Shown here: in pieces, positions 9,260-18,950 of the stretch | Layout of the letters: each line of letters opens with the position of its first letter | Numbering within the stretch: the first letter of the stretch is position 1 | DNA from: Ostreococcus lucimarinus | Taxonomy: Eukaryota | Assembly: GCA_000092065.1 (NCBI GenBank) | Contig: CP000586.1 | Strand: one strand, 5' to 3' | DNA: 64,000 bases | Program-made: the position numbers and the translations under genes | The notes under the pieces: model-generated | What the model was told of the DNA's origin: nothing | Database searches by the model: none | What the model saw: the letters and a program-made list of their open reading frames with translations, nothing else

Positions 9260-10288
9260 TCATCTCGGGTACGGACCGTCGCGACCGTGCGCGGCGTCTA
9301 AATCGACGTTCGGACCGCACGGTACGATGGCGTGCGGGTTCAGGCTCGGATGACTGGCGAAGTAGTGCTGTTTGATGTGCGCGAAATCCGTCGCTCGTCG
9401 CAGCGCCGGCATCTGATAGAGCTCTCGCACGTACGCCCCCATGTGCTCGTATTGGTGGATGAATTTTTTGTTCGTCTTGAAGTACACGACGTAGACTTCG
9501 TCGAATCTGATCAAAGTCATGAAAAGTCGAACGTCGGCTTCGGTGAAGACATCGCCGGCGATGTACCGCGAGCGCGCGAGCAACTCCTCGCATCGGTCCA
9601 ACGCTGAAAACAGATTCTTCACCGCTTCGTCGTACGCGCTCTGCGATACGGCGAACCCGCACTTGTACACGCCGTTGTTGATATCATCGTAAACCCACTG
9701 ATTGATCTCGTCGATCTTGGGACGTAAGTGCTCGGGATATAAATCCACCTCTCGCGCCGCGTCGCTCGAGCAAAAATCTTGAAATTTTGTATTCAATTCT
9801 CTCAATATCTCGCTGCTCTCGTTATTCACGATCGTTTTTCGTAAAGTGTCCCAAATCAAAGGCACCGTGAATCGCTGTTCGGTCGGTGCGCCACAGATCT
9901 CGTACAAATCTCTCACGAATTCCGCGCCCTCGCACGCCGTCGCGGAGCACCGAGCGTCGGCCTCAAACGCTCCTCTCCCGCTCGGTCCCGTCACGACGGT
10001 TCCCGGCTTCACGAACCGCCATCCCGCGTGCGCGTCGTTCGGGTCGTTCGGTCGAGTCTTACCCCACACGGGATGCGTCACCGCGACGTCGAGGACGTCC
10101 TCGAGGCCTTTCGCGCGCAAAGCGGCCAGGCACCTCGTGGCCCACGGGCACGCTAAACTGACGACTAAGACGTAGCGGTGCGCCTCGGGCGGGTGCGCGC
10201 CGTTCGCGTCGAACGCGTTTCTGAACGTCGACGCTTTCCTGGCGAAAGCGCCGGTGGGGGAGACGTCGGCGACGGCGGTGCGATCCAT
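9260..10288 (-). CDS. Xi-class glutathione transferase / glutathionyl-hydroquinone reductase (ECM4/YqjG family)
   Basis: HRYVLVVSLACPWATRCLAALRAKGLEDVLDVAV is the Cys-Pro-Trp-Ala active-site signature of GS-HQRs. Length is about 340 aa. ATG (cat 10286-10288). Confidence 0.85.
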   Translation of the reverse strand: MDRTAVADVSPTGAFARKASTFRNAFDANGAHPPEAHRYVLVVSLACPWATRCLAALRAKGLEDVLDVAVTHPVWGKTRPNDPNDAHAGWRFVKPGTVVTGPSGRGAFEADARCSATACEGAEFVRDLYEICGAPTEQRFTVPLIWDTLRKTIVNNESSEILRELNTKFQDFCSSDAAREVDLYPEHLRPKIDEINQWVYDDINNGVYKCGFAVSQSAYDEAVKNLFSALDRCEELLARSRYIAGDVFTEADVRLFMTLIRFDEVYVVYFKTNKKFIHQYEHMGAYVRELYQMPALRRATDFAHIKQHYFASHPSLNPHAIVPCGPNVDLDAAHGRDGPYPR

Positions 10289-10558
10289 GGCGATGAATGA
10301 ATGGCCGCCGCGGCGCGGTGTGCGGCGCTCGGGACGCGTCTTCGGGACGGGGTCGGACGGTGAAATAAGTCTTGAGAACGATCGTTACAAGGAATGAGAG
10401 AACGATCGGTGCCGTGAGATATTGATAGATGCGCGCGGTGACTCGGAGAGTTCGATTCTGCGGGAGGAGACGAAACGCGGCGCGCGTCAGTCAAAGCTCT
10501 CGGCGATTCGCGTCGGGACGCCGTCGAATAGTCGAGTAGGGGCGCATCGCGGTTAATT

Positions 10559-11569
10559 TTACGTACACGCTTCGTCCAAGGCGGCGACACCCGGCAAGAC
10601 CTTGCCCTCGAGTAATTCGAGGGAGGCACCACCGCCGGTGGAGATGTGAGACATCTTGTCCGCGAGGCCAGCCTTTTCGACGGCGGCGACGGAGTCGCCA
10701 CCACCGATGATCGTGATGCCGTTCAAGTTCGCGAGGGTGTCGGCGATACCGAAGGTACCCTTGGCGAAGGCGTCCATTTCGAACACACCCATCGGACCGT
10801 TCCAGATGACGGACTTGCACTCGTTGAGTTCGCCTTGGAACGCCTTGAGGGAGTCCGGACCGATGTCGAGACCCATCCAGCCTTCCGGAATGTTGTCGAC
10901 GGAGACGATTTGCGTCTTGGCATCTTCGGCGAACTTGTCCGCGACGACGACGTCGGTCGGGAGCAAGATCTTCACGCCCTTGGCTTCAGCCTTGGCCATG
11001 AGTTCCTTGGCGAGGTCGATCTTGTCGTCTTCAACGAGGGACGCGCCGACGGACTTGCCGAGCGCCTTGTAGAAGGTGAAAATCATACCGCCGCCGAGGA
11101 TAATCTTGTCCGTCTTTTGCAACAAGGACTCGATGACGCCGATCTTGGAGGACACCTTAGAGCCACCGACGATGGCGCAGAACGGGCGTTCCGGGTTGGA
11201 GACCGCACCGTCGAGGTAGTCGAGTTCCTTTTGGAGCAAGAAACCGGCGACGTTCGTCTTGCAGTACTTGGTCACGCCCTCGGTGGAGGCGTGCGCGCGG
11301 TGCGCGGTTCCGAACGCGTCGTTCACGAAGATCGTCGCGCTGCCCGCGAGCTTCTTCGCGAAGTCAGAGTCGTTCTTCTCTTCTTCCTTGTAGAAGCGCG
11401 TGTTCTCGAGCAAGCACACGGAGCCGTTCGGCATGGACGCGACCGCCTTCGCGACTTCGTCGCCGACGCAGTCGTCCACCTTCGTCACCGGGCACGACAA
11501 CTTCTCGGACAATCGCGCCCCGACCGGGGTCAATCGGAACTTATCCTCCGGTCCGTTCTTCGGTCGGCC
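10559..11569 (-). CDS. PGK: Phosphoglycerate kinase, exon 2 ([13 protein letters not shown]... to the stop)
   Basis: Full PGK C-terminal region ([28 protein letters not shown]). Exon 2 begins after the acceptor ...gcgcaaaaatag|GGCCGACCG. Confidence 0.88.
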   Translation of the reverse strand, partial: GRPKNGPEDKFRLTPVGARLSEKLSCPVTKVDDCVGDEVAKAVASMPNGSVCLLENTRFYKEEEKNDSDFAKKLAGSATIFVNDAFGTAHRAHASTEGVTKYCKTNVAGFLLQKELDYLDGAVSNPERPFCAIVGGSKVSSKIGVIESLLQKTDKIILGGGMIFTFYKALGKSVGASLVEDDKIDLAKELMAKAEAKGVKILLPTDVVVADKFAEDAKTQIVSVDNIPEGWMGLDIGPDSLKAFQGELNECKSVIWNGPMGVFEMDAFAKGTFGIADTLANLNGITIIGGGDSVAAVEKAGLADKMSHISTGGGASLELLEGKVLPGVAALDEACT

Positions 11570-11704
11570 CTATTTTTGCGCGCGTCGTCGTCCCCCTCGT
11601 CAGTCGCTCGCGTCTCGTCGCCCCTCGTTCGTCTCGATCCGATTCGCGGATAAGTGGATAAACCACCCTCTCGTCGCGCGCGCGCCGATCGCGATGATCA
11701 CGCA
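11570..11704 (-). other. PGK: Intron (135 bp, phase 0, GT..AG) in PGK
   Basis: The minus-strand donor CACTTG|gtgcgt follows ...VTSHL. The acceptor aaaatag|GGC restores GRPK, giving the conserved SHLGRPK motif. The unspliced frame runs into a stop. Confidence 0.8.
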
Positions 11705-12008
11705 CCAAGTGCGACGTCACGAGCACCTTGGCGCCGTTCTTCGCCAGGTACTCGAGCGTCGGGATCGCCGCGCGAATGCGCGTGTCGTCCGTGATGTTCA
11801 GGTCCGCGTCCATCGGCACGTTCAGGTCGCATCGCACGAACACGGTTTGGCCCTTGAGGTCGCTCTCGGCGAGGTCGCCGACGGATTTCTTCTTCGCCTC
11901 GACGACGACGGCGGCGCGCGTCGCCGCGGGGCGCGCGCGGGGCGCGGAGAGTCGTTGGCGGGGCGCCGCGGCGGGCTTGAAGCCGGTGAACGTGGCGAGC
12001 GATTGCAT
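11705..12008 (-). CDS. PGK: Phosphoglycerate kinase, exon 1, including a roughly 45-aa N-terminal presequence (likely plastid transit peptide)
   Basis: [65 protein letters not shown]...[31 protein letters not shown] (cat 12006-12008); an alternative Met at 12050. Confidence 0.75.
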
Positions 12009-12231
12009 GGCGTGCGGATAGTGCGGGGCGATCGCGGCGCGATCGCCCATCCGGCGCGCGCGGCGACCGACCGGATTTAGGATTTCGATGTACACGCGAT
12101 CTATGTACGCGGGGCGCCGGCGTACGCGCGCGGGACGGCGAGTCGAGCGCGCGAACGCGTCGCGGGCGCCGACGCCGAGCGACGCGCGCGCGAAAGAGGA
12201 CGTTGGACGCGTCGCGACGCGTCGCGACGCG

Positions 12232-13368
12232 TCAGGACGCGGCGGAGGCGTTGGCGGCGGTGGCGTTGGGGTCGGCGACGTCGCCGGGCGGCGCGGGCGG
12301 GGGGGGCGGCGGCGCGTACTGATCGCAGTCGTTCACGTTGGGAAGGCCGAAGGACGCGCACCAGTGGTCGGTGGCGAAGGTTTCGCAGCCCGTTTTGCAG
12401 AGACGGGCGCGGTAGTCGTCGATGCCGTCGTCGGTGTAGGAAATTCGAGGGCGAGCGCGCGCGAGCTCGAGCGCGTCGTACGCGCCTCTGGCCCGGACGG
12501 CGTCGGCGGCGCAAGAGAGGAGGGCGATCGGGCACACCTGCCAGCACTCGGTGGATCCGATGGCGTTGTTGGATTCACCCGCGGCGCACGGGATGCAGCT
12601 GTCGATGGAGGCGCCGCCGGAGAGAACGCTGTACGTGCCGACTGGACACGGCGTGCACGTCTCGGCGCGCGCCGCCGAGTAATACCCGGGCGCGCACGGC
12701 GTGCACGCGTCCCCGGCGCCTCCTCCGGACGTTCCCGCGGGACAGTCTGTGCACGAAGTCGCGGCTAACGTCGAATCGAACGTCGATCCATCCCCCGTCG
12801 CCGGCGCTCGCCACGAGCGCGTCGTCTTTTCGTAATAATCCTCCAGCGTGCTCTTCCCCGACGTCCCCGCTCCGCACGCCGTGCACCCGACCGTGTTCCC
12901 AACCTTCGTGCTAAAAGTCCCCACCGGACACGGTTCGCACGTCGCCTGCCCCGTCCGCGAGTTGAACCATCCCGCCGGGCACGACACGCACGTCTTTTGC
13001 GCCGCCAGCGGCTGCACCGTCCCCGCCGCGCACGGTTCGCACTTGCAACTGTAAAACCGCGACGTCGAGTCTCCTTCGCACGCCTTACACACCGATCCCG
13101 GGCAGCATCCGACGCCGCGTCCGCCTCCCGCGAGGCACCCGTCGTCGCTGCGAAACACCGCGTCGGGCGCGTTCTCCGAAAACGCCACGAAAATCGCCGT
13201 CTGTTCCGCCGCCACGCAGTTCCCATCGCTCGCCTGCGCCTCAGCGCGCGTCACGCCGTCGCGTCCGAGCGCGAGCGCGCACGCGATCGACAGCGCGCGC
13301 GCCGCGCGCCGTCGAATCCGTCCCGCGGGCATCCTTCGAACGCGCGCGCGACCGCGCGTCGTCTTCAT
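12232..13368 (-). CDS. Secreted cysteine-rich repeat protein (ephrin-receptor-like / GCC2_GCC3-type C-x-P-C-x-x-G repeats) with a Pro-rich C-terminus
   Basis: Signal-peptide-like [35 protein letters not shown], then repeated CxxCPAGxF/Y and [10 protein letters not shown] modules and a PPPPPPAPP tail. Met codons at 13368 and 13332. Confidence 0.6.
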   Translation of the reverse strand: MKTTRGRARVRRMPAGRIRRRAARALSIACALALGRDGVTRAEAQASDGNCVAAEQTAIFVAFSENAPDAVFRSDDGCLAGGGRGVGCCPGSVCKACEGDSTSRFYSCKCEPCAAGTVQPLAAQKTCVSCPAGWFNSRTGQATCEPCPVGTFSTKVGNTVGCTACGAGTSGKSTLEDYYEKTTRSWRAPATGDGSTFDSTLAATSCTDCPAGTSGGGAGDACTPCAPGYYSAARAETCTPCPVGTYSVLSGGASIDSCIPCAAGESNNAIGSTECWQVCPIALLSCAADAVRARGAYDALELARARPRISYTDDGIDDYRARLCKTGCETFATDHWCASFGLPNVNDCDQYAPPPPPPAPPGDVADPNATAANASAAS

Positions 13369-13693
13369 CGCGAGGTCGTCTTCATCGGGAGCGTCGCTCG
13401 CGCGATGCGTCGCGCCGCGACCGCGCGTCGCGCCCTCGCGCGACGCGTCGCGCGGCGTCGCGCGCGCGGCGTCGCGGTGTGCCGACGCCTCGCCGGCGGC
13501 TGCAGATCTCGACGCGCGACTTCCGCGTCGCCGCGTCGCGACTCGCCGCGCGCGCGCCGCGAGCGACGCGCGGTCGAACTTGGCGTCGCGCGCGTCGCTC
13601 GAATCGTCGAACGCGCGCGCGCGAGCGACGCGAGGGACGCGAATCCGCGGGACGAATCTGATTGCGTCGCTCATCCGAAGCGCCGCGACCGAC

Positions 13694-15721
13694 ATGTACG
13701 CGATGACGGCGGCGCTGGACTACGGCATCGTCGAGGACGACGACGGGGGGGACTACGATCTCGCGATGGACGCGCTGGCGATCGAGCGACGGGCGACGGA
13801 GTTTTTGCTGGACGACGACGGGTCGACGACGAGCGAAGGCGGCGAAGGCGAAGGCGAAGGCGAAGGTGGCGCGAGATCGGGCGAACGAAGACATCGCGGT
13901 GAACACGGCTCGAACGGAGAGTTTCGGGACGCGAGCGTGCGATATCGATTGCTGTGCCCGACGACGAGGATCGGGAGGGTGATCGGGAAGGAGGGACGGG
14001 TGATCAAGGCGACGCGCGCGGAGACGGGGGCGCGGGTCAAGGTGGCGCCGACGACGCGAGGGGCGGACGAACGCGTGATATTAGTCGCGAGCGGGGACGA
14101 TCTGACGGTCGGAGAAGATGGAGAGGGGATGACGACGGCTGAGGTGGCGCTGTTCAGGATATTTGATACGATCACGGGAGAGGAGGGGGTGACGGCGGCG
14201 CGAGGCGGCGAAGGCGAAGGCGAAGGCGAGGCGAGCGGAGGGTCCACGCGGGGGGCGTCGACGCCGATTTGTCGACTATTAGTGCCGCGCGTGCAGGTCG
14301 GGAGCTTGATTGGGAAAGGAGGGACGGTGATCAGCGCCATACGTGCGAGTTCTGGGGCCACGGTGCGCGTGATGCCGGCGAATATGTTGCCCGCGTGCGC
14401 GAGTCAAGGCGACGAGCTGTTGCAAATCACCGCGCCTTCGCGAGACGCGGATGGCGCCGAGCGCGATCAGAAACTATCCATGGCGAGCGTGAAGAACGCG
14501 TTGAGAATGATCGCGAAGCACTTGAGAGAGTACCCGTCGAAGAACGCGGCCACGGAGTCGAATCGGAGCCCGTTTGAGGCATTTATGATCGGGAATAAAA
14601 CTGCCCCGCACGCGGGCGTCGAGTCGCCGGGCGCGAAGAACGGCGGGCACATGTCGACCAGGATGAACCTTAACGGCGTCTACGTCCCGGGAGGGACGGA
14701 AATCACGTTCAGGTTGCTCTGTCCGGTGTCGAAGACAGGAAGTGTCATCGGACGCAACGGCGAAGTAATTCAACAAATTCGCAGTCAAACCGGCGCCAAG
14801 GTGAAGGTTTGCGAGCAAGTCAACGGTGCGGAGGAACGCATCATCTGCGTGAGCTCGAGCGATGATGGCTTGGCTCCTATGCTCGCCGCACAAGTGGCTT
14901 TGTTCAGAGTCTACCGATGCATCGTCGAAAGCGCTGGAAACGAGATACCGCTGCCGTTTAGATTGCTCGTGCAGACGTCTCAAATCGGGTGCTTGATCGG
15001 CAAGGGCGGGAGCATCATCAAGCAAATTCGCAACGAAACCGGGGCGACGGTGCGCGTGTTGCCCTCCGAGGCGCTCCCATCGTGTGCGAATGACGATGAG
15101 CTTCTTGAAATCGGTCAATGGCCTGCCGATGCGTGTGCGCTCGGGATTCGCATCGTCAGCGGCCGTCTTCGCGGCAACATTCGGCACAAGGCGGCGGAGC
15201 GATTGACATCCACGGCAGACGCTCAAAACACGCAAACGATGGGTTTCGACGCCACTTGGCAGCAAGCCGAGCTGATACCGTATGGTATGACGCAAACCGC
15301 GTACGGATCGCCGGAAACGGTGATGATGTCGAAAACAAAGTCCACTGGAGGCGCGCGAGCGCCTCCGGTCGAAATTGCCCCGGGCGTGTCCGTTGTGAAC
15401 AGCGTGCAGATGGCCATCTCATCTCAACACATCGGTAGCGTCCTCGGTCGCGGTGGATGCAATATCTCGCTCGCTCGTCAAGTCAGTGGCGCGAGAATCA
15501 AGCTCTATCCCGGCGCCGCGGGCTCGCGCCGTACGGCTGACCGCTCCGTCGATTCCGACCGCTTGTTGGAGATTAGCGGCTCGAGCGAGCAAGTCGCCTC
15601 CGCGCAAGACATCATCCAGCGCTTCATCGCGTCCTCTGGCGCAATGCTTCCAGAATTTGCCAGCTTTACCGCAACTGGCAAGCAGCACGAGCCCGAAACC
15701 GCGATGTTCGTCGTCTCCTAA
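13694..15721 (+). CDS. RNA-binding protein with five KH domains (PCBP/hnRNP-K-like)
   Basis: Five I/VGxxIGKGG KH cores: RIGRVIGKEGRVIKATR, VGSLIGKGGTVISAIR, TGSVIGRNGEVIQQIR, IGCLIGKGGSIIKQIR, IGSVLGRGGCNISLAR. GEGEGEG low complexity from (GGCGAA)n. ATG at 13694. Confidence 0.85.
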   Translation: MYAMTAALDYGIVEDDDGGDYDLAMDALAIERRATEFLLDDDGSTTSEGGEGEGEGEGGARSGERRHRGEHGSNGEFRDASVRYRLLCPTTRIGRVIGKEGRVIKATRAETGARVKVAPTTRGADERVILVASGDDLTVGEDGEGMTTAEVALFRIFDTITGEEGVTAARGGEGEGEGEASGGSTRGASTPICRLLVPRVQVGSLIGKGGTVISAIRASSGATVRVMPANMLPACASQGDELLQITAPSRDADGAERDQKLSMASVKNALRMIAKHLREYPSKNAATESNRSPFEAFMIGNKTAPHAGVESPGAKNGGHMSTRMNLNGVYVPGGTEITFRLLCPVSKTGSVIGRNGEVIQQIRSQTGAKVKVCEQVNGAEERIICVSSSDDGLAPMLAAQVALFRVYRCIVESAGNEIPLPFRLLVQTSQIGCLIGKGGSIIKQIRNETGATVRVLPSEALPSCANDDELLEIGQWPADACALGIRIVSGRLRGNIRHKAAERLTSTADAQNTQTMGFDATWQQAELIPYGMTQTAYGSPETVMMSKTKSTGGARAPPVEIAPGVSVVNSVQMAISSQHIGSVLGRGGCNISLARQVSGARIKLYPGAAGSRRTADRSVDSDRLLEISGSSEQVASAQDIIQRFIASSGAMLPEFASFTATGKQHEPETAMFVVS

Positions 15722-16047
15722 GACGGCGACGAATCGCGCGGCTCGTCTCAATTTTTTCCAGTTCATTTCTTTTGTCTTCCTCGCGCGCGAACAGCCGCGA
15801 CGCGAAGCTTCACCATCGCGCACTACTACTCTAGTCACCAAGTCACCACCGACTCCACCGATGACAACTTCACCTATCAAGGCACCACTTAAAACGTAGA
15901 AGTCGCGTTGTCACAGTACGAATCGCGCCTCGAAAAACGTCCCCGCGCCGGGTCGACGCGCGAACACGATCACGCGCCGACGACGCGTTCATTCGACGAC
16001 GAGCTCGCCATTACACTACAATCAATCGCTAACGGGCGGGTGCACCA

Positions 16048-16434
16048 CTAAAACGTAAAATTAATCCCCTTCCCGACCTCGAATCCGGCGATCTCCAACA
16101 ACCCCTTCCCCGCGACGGCTTCCACGAGCAGCAGGCTCCACCACCCAATCATGCTCGCCCGCGAGTTTTGTCGCTCGGCGTTCTCCACGAATCCGAACGT
16201 CGCCGGTTCGATGACGGGGACGATGGGCGGCGGCGGCACTCCCGGCGGGGACGCGCGCGCGTTGGACGCTTTCGTCGCTTGTTGCTTTTTGTTTTCCGCG
16301 ATGGCGTCGCCGATGGCGTCGAACGGGCCGGCGCGCGGCGCCGCGCGGGCGGCGCGGCGCGGCGCGCGGGCGGGAGTGACGCGGGACGTCACGGGGGACG
16401 CCACGAGCGCGCGAGAGGTGAGCGCGAACGACAT
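16048..16434 (-). CDS. One-helix protein (OHP/HLIP/SEP family; chlorophyll a/b-binding-like) with a green-type plastid transit peptide
   Basis: FGFVENAERQNSRASMIGWWSLLLVEAVAGKGLLE matches the Hlip/CAB helix motif (FGF..AE..NGR.AMIGF...E..TG.GLL). The N-terminus is S/T/R/A-rich with no signal peptide. Confidence 0.8.
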   Translation of the reverse strand: MSFALTSRALVASPVTSRVTPARAPRRAARAAPRAGPFDAIGDAIAENKKQQATKASNARASPPGVPPPPIVPVIEPATFGFVENAERQNSRASMIGWWSLLLVEAVAGKGLLEIAGFEVGKGINFTF

Positions 16435-16631
16435 GTCGAAGCGTTCGGGGCGCGTAGTGACGACGCGGGGCGGGACTTTCGTGACGTCGACGTCATCTGG
16501 ATCACGGTATGGGCATACAGTGAGGAAAGAGAAGGTCGAACGCGCGCGAGGGAAGAACGCGACGCGCGACGGCGACGGTCGGCGCGGTGGTTCGGAAGTG
16601 TGCTTTATTTTCGTTTCGTCGTCCGCGTGCG

Positions 16632-17756
16632 CTACGTGAGTCGGTCGTCGTCGTCGTCGCGCGCGTCGTCGTCGACGGCGGCGCGGTCGGCGAAGTCGAA
16701 ACGCTCGACGAGAGACATTTTGCCGCCACCGCCGAGGTCAAAGATGAGGCGGGAGTACTCGCCGCGCTCGCTGATGATGATGCACGAATCGGGATCGGCG
16801 GCGGGGAAGGTGACGAGCGACCGCGCGGTGGACGGAAGCTTGAACTGCGCGAGCGACCACTCGCTGCTAAAGTATTTGGGGAGGAGTTTCTTGACGAAAC
16901 CGGCGGCGGGTGAAGAAGAGGAAGGCGTGCGGGCGCCGTTCGAGGACGGTGTCGGTATCGGTGACGCCGTCGGTGCGCTCGAAGACGCGCTGGGGGTTTC
17001 TGGAATCCTGAACACGTGCACCGTGCCCTTGTCGCTCGTGACACAGAGCAAATTCTTCTTCGGCGAAAACGCGAGCGAGTACACTCGAGCTCGATCCGAG
17101 CCGCGACGGAATTCGTGCACGAGCGACGCCGTGTGCGTATCGAAGATCCGAATGAGCGTTCCTTTCTCGCTCGCCGTGGCTAATAACGAACCATCCGCGC
17201 TCAATCCCAAGCACGCCAACGCCGTCTCGTGCGCGGCGATGAACTTCGTCGTCCCTAAATCAAACAATTCCACCCGTACCTGCCCTCTATTCAACCCCGG
17301 GCACGCCATCACCGTGCGTTCCGTTGTGGGCGATATCGCGCACAACCCGCGCTCGTTCGCCGCCGTATCAATCTGCTGTTCCATCTTTAAATCTGAAAAA
17401 TTGTACACAAAAATTTTATGCGCCAAAGCGACGACCACCTTATCCCGCCGCAAACGCACCCCGCGCACCGGCACCTTGAACCCAAGCTCGCCGATGCATC
17501 TTCCTTGATGATCGTCCCATATCATCACCTTATTCGGCGAGAACTTCGGTTCGTCGCCGCCTCCAACCAGCGCTAATATATTGCACCTAAAGAGCATCTC
17601 CACGATTCCCACGCCGCCGTCTCGAAACTTCCGTCCAAAGGTTTCGCGGTACGGCGACGTGTTGTACACTGAAAACCCACGCGCGCGTCCGTCGCGCCGC
17701 GCGACGGCGAAGCACGCGCCGTCTTGGTTGTACGATATCGACAGCGGTTCGCCCAT
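16632..17756 (-). CDS. ATG18: WD-repeat PROPPIN, ATG18/WIPI family (autophagy, PI3P-binding)
   Basis: LFRCNILALVGGGDEPKFSPNKVMIWDD, the FRRG PI3P-binding motif (LVHEFRRGSDRARVYSLAF), and the overall beta-propeller. ATG (cat 17754-17756). Confidence 0.85.
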   Translation of the reverse strand: MGEPLSISYNQDGACFAVARRDGRARGFSVYNTSPYRETFGRKFRDGGVGIVEMLFRCNILALVGGGDEPKFSPNKVMIWDDHQGRCIGELGFKVPVRGVRLRRDKVVVALAHKIFVYNFSDLKMEQQIDTAANERGLCAISPTTERTVMACPGLNRGQVRVELFDLGTTKFIAAHETALACLGLSADGSLLATASEKGTLIRIFDTHTASLVHEFRRGSDRARVYSLAFSPKKNLLCVTSDKGTVHVFRIPETPSASSSAPTASPIPTPSSNGARTPSSSSPAAGFVKKLLPKYFSSEWSLAQFKLPSTARSLVTFPAADPDSCIIISERGEYSRLIFDLGGGGKMSLVERFDFADRAAVDDDARDDDDDRLT

Positions 17757-17952
17757 GGCGAATGCGAATCTAAATCTAACGAAACAAACGACGCGTCGCG
17801 CGCGATCGTCGCGTCGGCGAAGCGGTCGACGCGTCAAACGGCGCGTGAAGGGGTGTTCTCGCTATGGATACGCTGCTAGGGCGGCTAAGACGCGCGAGGC
17901 GCGGGCGGGTGTGCGGGAGCTCGTCGCGGCGGTTGGCGATGGCTACGGTTGG

Positions 17953-18663
17953 CTACGCGCCGCGAGCGACGCACTTCCAAACCGCGAATTTCGCGTCGTC
18001 GGTGCCCTGGCGGGTGATTTTGAGCGTGTCTGCTGTGGTGCCAGCGGCGATGGCGCGCACCGGGACGTATCGCTGGGCGACGAAGTACGCGATGCCGTCG
18101 GGACGGCGGAGCCGCCGAGCCAAACCGGCGAGGAATTCTCGAATCGGCACAAAGTCCACGGCGAGGCCCAAGTGCACGGGAGGGTTGGATAAGATCAGGT
18201 CGAACGCGCGATCGCTTTTCTCTAGGGCGCGCCAGCCGTCGGAGAGAATGAACTCGACGTCGTCAGAGAGATTTCTTTTCGCCGCTTCGAGCGCGCACGC
18301 ATCCGCGTCGAGAAGCCAGAGCCTTGATTTCTTCGCCTTGGCGCGCACGGCGGCGGCGATTTGACCGGCACCGGAGCAGTAATCTAACACTTTCAGTTTG
18401 GATTTTCGCTCGATCGTCGGAAGCACGCTTCGAAGGAGTAGCGTAGTCATGACATCCAAGCCGCCGCCGGCGAACAATCCGGGGTAGGCGACCCACGGTA
18501 CTGAATGTTCGGTCGTCATGACGTCGCTCAAGTCGAGCGTTTTCTTTTCTCTCCACTTCTTCAACTCTTTACCTTTCTTGTCCGGTTGTGCGCTAGAGCG
18601 CACGCAGTGCACGACGCCGTATTTATCGTCGTGCATGACTAATCTCGTTCGCTCGAATAATCC
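17953..18663 (-). CDS. RsmC-like rRNA (guanine-N2) methyltransferase, exon 2 (catalytic MTS domain)
   Basis: YPGLFAGGGLDVMTTLLL, VLDYCSGAGQIA and DLILSNPPVH match RsmC GVFS..LD.GS.LLL / VLDvGCGaGvl / D.IISNPPFH. The exon begins after the acceptor ctttttttgtccgaag|GGA. Confidence 0.75.
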   Translation of the reverse strand, partial: GLFERTRLVMHDDKYGVVHCVRSSAQPDKKGKELKKWREKKTLDLSDVMTTEHSVPWVAYPGLFAGGGLDVMTTLLLRSVLPTIERKSKLKVLDYCSGAGQIAAAVRAKAKKSRLWLLDADACALEAAKRNLSDDVEFILSDGWRALEKSDRAFDLILSNPPVHLGLAVDFVPIREFLAGLARRLRRPDGIAYFVAQRYVPVRAIAAGTTADTLKITRQGTDDAKFAVWKCVARGA

Positions 18664-18950
18664 CTTCGGACAAAAAAAGCGGTGTCAGTCATCGGTATCC
18701 ATCCATCGTCTCGAGAAATGTAGCGAACGTTACGAACTCGAAAGTCGCTCGGTGACGTTCAGTCGAGGCTCATTATTATTCGCCAGACGGACGACGCGCG
18801 CTCGGGGTTGGATGGCCCCTTTAGCGAGCAGCAGCAGTCGCGACCCGTCAGTAATTTTGCATCGTCCGCTTGGGCTTCACACGCGCGCATTGACGGCGCG
18901 CGGCGAAGTATGCCGATGCTTGACAAAAGTCGAGTTCGATAATGACGTAC
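18664..18950 (-). other. Intron (287 bp, phase 0) joining the two exons of the RsmC-like gene
   Basis: The minus-strand donor AAG|GTACGT is a perfect consensus. A polypyrimidine tract precedes the AG acceptor. Splicing joins ...IADLPK to GLFERTRLVMHDDKYGVV, continuing colinear similarity to E. coli RsmC (ADYAPLNK..RRCGLYFGRL). Confidence 0.65.
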
